Assembly (NCBI GenBank): GCA_964016885.1
Contig: OZ024748.1
Coordinates: 51,956,001 to 52,020,000 of the forward strand
From: Eledone cirrhosa
Taxonomy: Eukaryota
Direction: 5' to 3'
DNA: 64,000 nucleotides
Each line of letters begins with the position of its first letter. The first letter of the stretch is position 1. Position numbers and translations under genes: made by a program. Positions 54,945 through 64,000 of this stretch are shown here, in pieces. The notes beneath the pieces were generated by a model. The model searched no databases. It saw only the letters and a list, made by a program, of their open reading frames with translations, and was not told the origin of the DNA.

Positions 54945-55549
54945 CCTTACAAACAAAATTTAAAACTCAAACACACACATATACATACACACACAAACGA
55001 AAAGATAATCACATATATATATATATACACACACAAAAGAAAAGATAATCACATATATATATATATACACATACAAAACGAAAACAATCACATATATATA
55101 TACATATACAAAACAAAAACAATCACATATATATATACATATACAAAACAAAAACAATCACATATATATATATATATATACACACACACAAACACAAGAA
55201 AAGTCATATATATGTATATATACATACACACACTAAATAAAAGCCAAATAGAAGCAAATTAAATTGTAATTGAGATGTTTTTCTGATTTATTTAATGTTT
55301 TCTTATTTTATTTCTGTTCTTATCAACCATTGAAACTGCTCAATAATTCTTATATAATATATTTCAAATTTACATTTAACTTGAAAATATCTCCTTTTGT
55401 TTCAAGTGTGTTGTTTTACTATCAAGTGGCTGGAGACATTTCACTTAGCTGCCATATTGGAGGATTTTATACCAGTGTATGAGGTAGAGGGGTGGGGAGA
55501 GGATAGAGGGGATAGATGGTGAGAGGAAGTGTGTGTGGGTTTGGTGTAG

Positions 55550-57520
55550 AGAGGCGAGGAGAGAGAAAGAGAGAGGAAAGAAGGAGAGAGGGGCAAGAGA
55601 GAGAGAGAAACAGTGAGGCAAGAGAGAGAGAGAAAGAGAGGCAAGAGAGAGAGAGAAAGAGAGGCAAGAGAGAGAGAGAAAGAGAGGCAAGAGAGAGAGA
55701 GAAAGAGAGGCAAGAGAGAGAGAGAAAGAGAGGCAAGAGAGAAGCAAGAGGCAAGAGAGAGAAGCAAGAGAGAGGCAAGAGAGAAGCAAGAGGCAAGAGA
55801 GAGAAGCAAGAGAGAGGCAAGAGAGAGAAGCAAGAGAGAGGCGAGAGAGAGAGGCGCGAGAGAGAGAGGCGAGAGAGAGAGAGGCGAGAGAGAGAGGCGA
55901 GAGAGAGAGGCGAGAGAGGCGGGCGAGAGAGGCGAGAGAGAGGCGAGAGAGAGGCGAGAGAGAGGCGAGAGAGAGGCGAGAGAGAGGCAAGAGAGAGGCG
56001 AGAGAGAGGCGAGAGAGAGGCAAGAGAGACGCAAGAGAGAGAGAAGTAAGACAGAAGCAAGAGAGAGAGAAGCAAGAGAGAGAGAAGTAAGACAGAAGCA
56101 AGAGAGAGAGAGAGAGAAGTAAGACAGAGAAGCAAGAGAGAGAGAGAGAAGTAAGACAGAGAAGCAAGAGCGAGAGAGAGAAGTAAGACAGAAGCAAGAG
56201 AGAGAAGTAAGACAGAAGCAATAGAGAGAGAGAGAAGTAAGACAGAGAAGCAAGAGAGAGAGAGAGAAGTAAGACAGAGAAGCAAGAGAGAGGCAAGAGA
56301 GAGGCAAGAGAGAGGCAAGAGAGAGAGAGAAGCAAGAGAGAGAGAAGCAAGAGAGAGAGAAGCAAGAGAGAGGCAAGAGAAAGAAGCAAGAGAGAGGCAA
56401 GAGAAAGAAGCAAGAGAGAGGCACGAGAGAAGCAAGAGAGAGGCAAGAGAGAGAGAAGCAAGAGAGAGGCAAGAGAGAGAGAAGCAAGAGAGGGGCAAGA
56501 GAGAGAGAAGCAAGAGAGAGAGAGATAAGAGAGAGAAGCAAGAGAGAGAGAGAGATAAGAGAGAGAAGCAAGAGAGAGAGAGAGATAAGAGAGAGAGAGA
56601 GATAAGAGAGAGAGATAAGAGAGAGAAGCAAGAGAGAGAGAAGCAAGAGAGAGAGAAGCAAGAGAGAGAGAAGCAAGAGAGAGAGAAGCAAGAGAGAGAG
56701 AAGCAAGAGAGAGAGAAGCAAGAGAGAGAGAAGCAAGAGAGAGAGAAGCAAGAGAGAGAGATAAGAGAGAGAAGCAAGAGAGAGAGAGATAAGAGAGAGA
56801 AGCAAGAGAGAGAGAGATAAGAGAGAGAAGCAAGAGAGAGAGAGATAAGAGAGAGAAGCAAGAGAGAGAGAGATAAGAGAGAGAAGCAAGAGAGAGAGAG
56901 ATAAGAGAGAGAAGCAAGAGAGAGAGAGATAAGAGAGAGAAGCAAGAGAGAGAGAGATAAGAGAGAGAAGCAAGAGAGAGAGAGAGAGATAAGAGAGAGA
57001 AGCAAGAGAGAGAGAGAGAGATAAGAGAGAGAAGCAAGAGAGAGAGAGAGAGAGAGACAAGAAAGAGGCAAGAGAGAGAGACAAGAAAGAGAGACAAGAA
57101 AGAGGCAAGAGAGAGAGACAAGAAAGAGGCAAGAGAGAGAGACAAGAAAGAGGCAAGAGAGAGAGACAAGAAAGAGGCAAGAGAGAGAGACAAGAAAGAG
57201 GCAAGAGAGAGAGACAAGAAAGAGGCAAGAGAGAGAGACAAGAAAGAGGCAAGAGAGAGAGACAAGAAAGAGGCAAGAGAGAGAGACAAGAAAGAGAGAG
57301 ACAAGAAAGAAGCAAGAGAGAGAGACAAGAAAGAGGCAAGAGAGAGAGACAAGAAAGAGGCAAGAGAGAGAGACAATAAAGAGGCAAGAGAGAGAGACAA
57401 GAAGGAGAGGGGTGGGAAAGCGAGAGGAGAGAGAGAGGGGTGGGAAAGAGAGAGGAGAGAGAGGGGTGGGAAAGAGAGAGGAGAGAGAGGGGTGGGAAAG
57501 AGAGAGGAGAGAGAGTGAGA
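55550..57520. repeat. GA-rich satellite with progressively changing units
   Basis: GCAAGA, GCGAGA, AGTAAGACAG, GATAAGA and GACAAGAA blocks. Confidence 0.95.
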
Positions 57521-57907
57521 GTCTGGAAAGGGTAAGAACTGAGTAAAAGCCAGCCAGTAATGTAAGTTTGACTTAGTTTATTTCTCACCTAAAATTATCT
57601 TAATCTGGCCAAAAGTGATCTGGTTGCTGATAATGAAGATTTTACAGAATGTCAAAAACCTTCTGTATTGAGTTAACATTGAACTAACTGCGTTCTGTAG
57701 AAGAGATTTCATTTAACTTTCAAATAAGGAATCTCCATTTATATATAATTTAATTATCTCTCTGACAGTCAGTCGTTTGAGATACAAATATACATGCATG
57801 TACATGTGTCTTTGCACAAATATAAGGAGAACTCAATACATTAATTAATGATAGTTATAACACTAGTAGAACTATTAAACCTTCAGTGCTTTTATCATTA
57901 TTATTGG

Positions 57908-58303
57908 TAGGGTGGTGAATTGGCAGTATTGGTAGAGGGCTGGACCCCATGCTTTCCAGCATAGTTATGTCCCTTTATGGTCCGAGTTCAAATCACGTCA
58001 AGGTTAACTTTGCTTTCATCCCTACAGGCTTGATAAAATAAAGTACCAGTAATGTACTGGATAATTGCTGGCCTTGTGCCAAATGTAGAAGCAATTATTA
58101 TTATCGGTAGAGCGTCAGACACGATGCTTTTCAGCATAGAGTTACGGCCCTTTATGATCTGAGTTCAAATCCTGCCAAGGTTAACTTTGCCTTTCATCCT
58201 TACGAGAACGATAAAATAAAGTACCAGTCACGCACTGGGGTCAATTTAATCGACTTTCCCTACCCCCAAGTTGCTGGCCTTGTGCCAAAAGTAGAAACAA
58301 TTA
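57908..58303 (+). mobile_element. tandem pair of family A SINEs
   Basis: Homology to other copies. Confidence 0.85.
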
Positions 58304-58524
58304 TATATGCAATAAAAGCTTGACCACACCAGTGTACATGATGCTTAATTCTGCCATAAGATTTTGTGTAGCTTTTTAGTCCAACATACTTTTAAAAAGT
58401 CGTCCACATAAATTACATATTAGTTTTGGTGCAGCTTGGACTGACTGTCTATCTTGAACCTTGAAATATCTTAGGACCACCTTGAGATACATATCTATGT
58501 GTATGTATGTGTGTGTGTGTGTAT

Positions 58525-58850
58525 ATCATCATCTTTTCATTTTACGTCCGCTGTTTCCCTGCTTGCAAGGGTGGGACGGGAACTGATTCTGGCTTGATTT
58601 CTACAGCTGGATGCCCTTGCTAACACCAACCTCATTTACAGTGAGTGCTGGGTGCTTTTTTGCCGTGGCACCTGCATAACCACTTTGCAGTGGAATGATA
58701 TGGACCCCAGTCCCTGTCATCTCATTTCTACAGCTGAGTAAACTGGAGCAATGTCAAATAAAGTGTCTTGCTCAAGGAAACAACACATCACTCAGTCTGA
58801 GAATTGAACTCACAACCTTTCGATTGCAAGGCCAATGCTCTAACCACTAA
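58525..58850 (-). mobile_element. SINE family B
   Basis: Reverse complement of 11957-12290. Confidence 0.9.
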
Positions 58851-58968
58851 TATATATATATATATATATATGTGTGTGTATGTAAAAGGTAAACAGAAAT
58901 AACAACAGAATCGGTACAGTATATGGAAGGGATATATTAGGTTAACGCTCGATATAACAGGAAGAGGG

Positions 58969-59004
58969 TCTTAACGTTTCGGACGCTAGTCCTTCATCAG
59001 AAGA
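58969..59004 (-). ncRNA. minimal type I hammerhead ribozyme (family P6)
   Basis: Minus strand: TCTT-CTGATGA-A-GGAC(TAGC)GTCC-GAAA-CG-TT-AAGA; palindromic AACGTT in place of stem III. Confidence 0.82.
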
Positions 59005-59224
59005 AAGAATGAGAAATAAAATAGAGTGAGGGGACGGGCAGGATGGAATTGGAAAAAAATGTCTTTAGATAAAAATAATAGGTCCGTTCATGTTGCTCTT
59101 GCTATATATATATATGTGGTTTAGGGCTTTTAACATCAAGTTACTGTTTGTTCATCAATGTGAGCACTTGATGTGTAGTTATGTTCTTTCCAGTATATAT
59201 TTTGGGGTTGTACTAAACAGAGTG

Positions 59225-59465
59225 TTATAAGTAGGGATGAGGTATCAAATTATCATTAAGTTTATTCAGGTATGACGTGTTTCACGATTGATCAGCTCAA
59301 GGTTCGACCTCATCTGACTTCTGATAACAGAAGTCTAATGAGCTTTATTCCACAGTCGTGCCCGATCGATAGAGATTGAACCTTCAGCTGATCAACTGCG
59401 AAACGCATGTCACACCTGAATAAACTTAATGATAATTTGACACCTCATCTCTACTTATCATTACT
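59225..59465. repeat. inverted-repeat cassette with hammerhead 3' halves (family P7)
   Basis: 59227-59305 versus 59378-59458; GAAA-CGCATG-TC and GAAA-CACG-TC. Confidence 0.7.
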
Positions 59466-59725
59466 ATATATAGTATTAATAGTTTGGTAAAGATATCAAA
59501 GGTGAAGAGCACCCAGTCCAAGGGATATGTTTTAATATATTATTAAATCCAATACTACACTGAAGACATAACATGAAGAAATGCAACAATACTATGTTGA
59601 ATAAGTTGGATTCACTGAACGAAACGTGTCCTAGTATTTCTCTGCATTATCTCTTTGTTGTACTATTGAATTTAATAATGTGTGTGTGTGTGCGTGTGCG
59701 TGTGCGTGTGTGTGTGTGTTTTTTG

Positions 59726-59870
59726 AAATAAAAGGAAAGCACAAGCGAGGGCTAATCCCTTCTTGAGTTACCTGCTGGAGTTCATGGATATTTCAAAGCA
59801 TTTGTCCGTGACCTCCAACAGACAACTGAAGAAGGGATTGTCCCCTGCTTGTGCTTTCCTTTTATTTTTC
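59726..59870. repeat. ~60-bp-arm inverted repeat
   Basis: AAATAAAAGGAAAGCACAAGC...GCTTGTGCTTTCCTTTTATTT. Confidence 0.8.
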
Positions 59871-59899
59871 AATACACTTTATCAAGTAACCACACATAT

Positions 59900-60228
59900 A
59901 CATGGCTTAGTGGTTTGAGCATTGGCCTTGCAATCGAAAGGTTGTGAGTTCAATTCTCAGACTGGGTGATGTGTGTTTCCTTGAGCAAGACACTTTATTT
60001 CACATTGCTCCAGTTTACTCAGCTGTAGAAATGAGATGATAGAGACTGGGGTCCATATCATCCACTACAAAGTGGTCGTGGAGGTGCCACGCCAAAAAAG
60101 CACCCAGCACTCACTGTAAATGAGGTTGGTGTTAGGAAGGGCATCCAGCTGTAGAAATCAAGCCAAAATCAGTTCCCGTCCCACCCTTGCAAGCAGGGAA
60201 AAAGCGGACGTAAAATGAAATGAATGAT
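59900..60228 (+). mobile_element. SINE family B
   Basis: Homology to 11947-12292. Confidence 0.9.
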
Positions 60229-60299
60229 ATATATATATTATATATATATTATATATATATATTATATATATAATTTATATATATATTATATATATATAT

Positions 60300-60619
60300 G
60301 GAGGTACATGGCTTAGTGGTTAGAGCATTGGCCTTGCAATCGAAAGATTGTGAGTTCAATTCTCAGACCAGATGATGTGTTGTTTCCTTGAGCAAGACAC
60401 TTTATTTCACATTGCTCCAGTTTACTCAGCTGTAGAAATGAGATGATAGGGACTGGGGTCCCAGTCCCTATCATTCCACTGCAAAGTGGTCGTGCCACGG
60501 AAAAAAGCACCCAGCACTCACTGTAAATGAGGTTGGTGTTAGGAAGGGCATCCAGCTGTAGAAATCAAGCCAGAATCAGTTCCCTGCAAGCAGGGAAATG
60601 TGGACGTAAAATGATGATA
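60300..60619 (+). mobile_element. SINE family B
   Basis: Homology to 11947-12292. Confidence 0.9.
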
Positions 60620-60654
<35 letters not shown>

Positions 60655-60885
60655 GGCAGCGAATTGGTCGTTAGGACATTGGAGAGAATTCTTTATGGTA
60701 TTCATTCCACCTCTTTGCACGTTCTGAGTTCAAATCCCACCAAGATCAACTTTACCTTTCATCCTTTTGAGGTCAATAAAAAAATATCAGTCCAGTACTG
60801 GGTCGATTCTTCCTCTATAGAAAAAATCGGCTGCATTTAAATCTGTAAAGGGTTGGGCTCCGCCAGGTTTAAAAGTGCCCTAGAT
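60655..60885 (+). mobile_element. family A-type SINE head with alternative tail
   Basis: Tail ..CTCCGCCAGGTTTAAAAGTGCCC shared with ~6945-7090. Confidence 0.6.
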
Positions 60886-61121
60886 ATGCCATATGACAAT
60901 GCCCAAACAACTCCATAAGGAGTTATGGGATCTTTATTCTTATATATATATATAGTCCCACCCTTGCAAGCTGGGAAAAGCAGACGTAAAATGATGATGA
61001 TGATGATGATGATATTATATATATATATACATATATGTATATATCATCGTTTTTATGTCTGTTTTTCCATGCTTACTTGGGTTAAGGGACTAGAACTGTT
61101 TCATTTGTATAAAAAAAGCAA

Positions 61122-61173
61122 GACATCCCTGATGATTTGACACTAATGAAACAGTTCTAGTCCTGTAGAAGTC
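61122..61173 (+). ncRNA. type I hammerhead ribozyme (family P8)
   Basis: GACATCC-CTGATGA-TTTGACACTAAT-GAAA-CAG(TTCTAGTC)CTG-TA-GAAGTC; stem II weak. Confidence 0.65.
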
Positions 61174-61319
61174 ATTTCTACATAAAATAAATATGCTTAT
61201 TTTATACTAATGTACTCAATACCTTATCTGTAGTTATTTCCTGATTCTCTTTGGGATACCATCCTTAATTTCATATATATATATGGTATATATATATATG
61301 TGTGTGTGAGTGTGAGTCC

Positions 61320-61617
61320 CAGGTTCAATCAGGGGTAACCACACTAAGTAAGGTACTCAATGCATAGAGTATATACAAGATTTAATATAGAAATGGCTTC
61401 TACGGGACTAGAACTGTTTTATTCAACGTAAATCATCAGGAAAGCCCTAGTTCTAGTCCTGAAGAAGCCATTTTTATATTAAATCTTGGGTATACTCTAT
61501 GTATTGAGTACCTTACTTACTGTGGATACCCCCTGATTGAACAGGCTTTCCTGTTGTTCCTTTGATTTGAACAGTTCTAGTCCTGTAGAAGCCATTTCTA
61601 TATTAAATCTTGTATAC
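61320..61617. mobile_element. family P8 cassette: one inverted and two tandem hammerhead-bearing units
   Basis: Minus-strand hammerhead at 61395-61446 (GAAA mutated to AAAA); + units at 61449-61541 and 61544-61617. Confidence 0.7.
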
Positions 61618-62539
61618 ACACATATATATAAACAAAGGTTGCTCATATACATATATCTAATGGATAAATTTCAAATTTAAATATCCAAAGAGGAAACATT
61701 AAAGTAAAATAATTAAATAAATTTTAGTTGATTTGGCAGTCATTTGAAAATGGGTCAAACTGGCTGCTAGGATAAAGAATTGCAGAATATTAGTATCACT
61801 AACAGATTTATACAAATAGAAAATGTCTCAAAGGCTTAACAATAACAGATGAAAAGAAAATGGTGGTAGAAACAGCATAAGGAAGATAGCAATAATAATA
61901 ATAATGATAATAATAATAAAAATAATACTGATAGCAGTGATAATTATAGAAAGTCAGTAAACAGCATAAAAACAAAAAGATACTTTCAGTAAAGAAAAAT
62001 AATGAAAGCTAAAAATTAAAAAATAATAAGTAACATTCTAATTGTTTATGTGTTAATTATTGTACAACTCTGATGTTGTAAATAGACCCCAGTAGTAATA
62101 ATACTAAGAAGAATATCAACAACAATAATAGGCCAAAACATTAATAAAATGTCCACACACTACCCTTACCTTCCAAATGGTGTTATCTCAAACAACTGTC
62201 TGATATTTTTTGTTTCACCCTAGTTTTGCTAATACTCTTATTTGAATTCTGGCTTCATTTCCACTCTGATGTAATAGCAGACACACCCAAATAAACCCCC
62301 AGAATTCCTTGCACACATTCTGCTGACTGACAGACAGACTTGTTGGAAAGCAGCCAGCCTCAATGCTGAAATGAACTATGGTGTTTGATTCTACTTAGCA
62401 TGCTGTTTCCCTTCACCATTGGCAATCTCTTTTACACCCACAGACTTCACAGCAGCATGGTTTCACAAAATAAATAAACAAAAACATACATAAAATTAAT
62501 TAAACAAAATATTTAATTTTGTTTTTTTTGTTTTTAAAT

Positions 62540-62890
62540 CACCACCACCACCACAAACACCAGTGTTGCCACCACCAACAACACCAAACCCCAACACCAC
62601 CACTATTAGTACTGCTGCCACCCACCACCAACACAACCAACAACAACAACAACAAATACCATTGCCCCCACCATCAACAACAACAACATTATCACCAACA
62701 CCACCAGCAAACCCACCAATAACAACAGCATCATCACCACCAACAATACCAATAACAATGCAAACACCATTGCCTCCACCACCAACAACACTGGCACCAC
62801 CATTAACAACAACAACAACAACACCAACATAACCACCACCACCCCCAACACCACCACCAACATCACAACCAACCCCAACACCACCAACCA
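62540..62890. repeat. (ACC/AAC)n low-complexity tract
   Basis: Direct reading. Confidence 0.88.
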
Positions 62891-63069
62891 CTAGTCTCAC
62901 AGACTTAAAGGAAACAGGACTGGTAGTCTGCAGTTAGAAATGAAACATTCAATAGCTGAGCCAGGCAAATATCTGGTAACAAGATAAGGAAGAAGAAAGA
63001 GAAAAAAAATCAAATGAAAAACAAACTGTAATGATTAAATACGAAGTCTTTAGATTGTTGCTTAAATGA

Positions 63070-63510
63070 AATAAACATGGAGAACTGAGAACTTAGATGG
63101 AGTAAACATGGAGAACTGAGAACTTAGATGGAATAAACAGAGAACTGAGAACTTAGATGGAGTAAACATGGAGAACTGAGAACTTAGATGGAGTAAACAT
63201 GGAGAACTGAGAACTTAGATGGAGTAAACATGGAGAACTGAGAACTTAGATGGAGTAAACATGGAGAACTGAGAACTTAGAATAAACATGGAGAACTGAG
63301 AACTTAGAATAAACATGGAGAACTGAGAACTTAAATGGAATAAACATGGAGGACTGAACTTAGATGGAGTAAACATGGAGAACTGAGAACTTAGATGGAA
63401 TAAACATGGAGGACTGAGAACTTAGATGGAATAAACATGGAGGACTGAACTTAGATGGAATAAACATGGAGGACTGAGAACTTAGATGGAATAAACATGG
63501 AGAACTGAAC
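63070..63510. repeat. 31-bp minisatellite
   Basis: GAGTAAACATGGAGAACTGAGAACTTAGATG units with variants. Confidence 0.95.
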
Positions 63511-64000
63511 AAGTGGTTTAACACCTTGTATAGAGTAAACAATATAAGGGGGAGAGTGAGCCAGGGGGAGACAATATAGGGGGGGGAGACAGGAGGAGAC
63601 AACAATATAGGGGGGGGGAAGGAGAAAGAAGGAGAGAAAGAGGTAAATGGAGGGATAAAGAGAGAGATGAAAGGAGAGAAAGAGAGAGAGAGATGAAAGG
63701 AGAGAAAGAGAGAGAGTGATGAAAGGAGAGAAAGAGAGAGAGTGATGGAAGGAGAGAGGGTGGGGTGAATGGAAGAAGAGAAAGATTGAGACATAGACAA
63801 AGTTAATTCTTCTGGTACCAACCCACCCAAAATCAACTCTAGTTTGATGAATAGTAATGAAATAACTTTATTAAATCAATCAAAAAGTTCAATAATTAAT
63901 TGAAATAGTGAAATAGTAAAATAGTGTGTATTTCATGAGAAATACAGTCATGAAAGGGGTAAAGGTGAATCAGAAACCTCTAGAAGGTGTGTCTAAGGAC

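Noticed and set aside
62165-62470. Minus-strand exon ending in a strong AG|GTAAGG donor
   Set aside because: No good acceptor and stops in the upstream frames; could only be a non-coding exon and cannot be supported
63070-63510. CRISPR-like periodicity (also 2679-2910)
   Set aside because: Contiguous tandem units with no unique spacers; eukaryotic context

Overview
AT-rich, extremely repeat-dense eukaryotic (metazoan) DNA with no confidently identifiable host gene. The SINE, RTE and microsatellite content resembles an octopod cephalopod genome; this is an inference from recalled repeat types, not a database result. Almost all long ORFs in the track are translated microsatellites. Real coding remnants are retroelement-derived: a 5'-truncated RTE LINE with a PHD-finger-like insert in its RT region (42.8-45.0 kb, -), a 5'-truncated CR1-group LINE with an uninterrupted RT ORF (47.5-49.6 kb, +), several shorter RTE fragments, a fossil restriction-like-endonuclease retroelement and a probable Tx1/L1 3' fossil. 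Also present are a solo LTR with a 5-bp TSD, piggyBac-, mariner- and Tc2-like MITEs, two abundant tRNA-derived SINE families, and four copies of an internally deleted RTE derivative inside a ~15-kb (TA/TACA)n field. The most notable signal is about a dozen type I hammerhead ribozyme motifs with intact CUGANGA/GAAA cores plus about as many degenerate or half motifs. They fall into at least eight sequence families, mostly in short inverted-repeat cassettes beside (TA)n tracts, consistent with Penelope-like element or retrozyme termini. All coordinates and folds were read by eye and may be off by a few bases.
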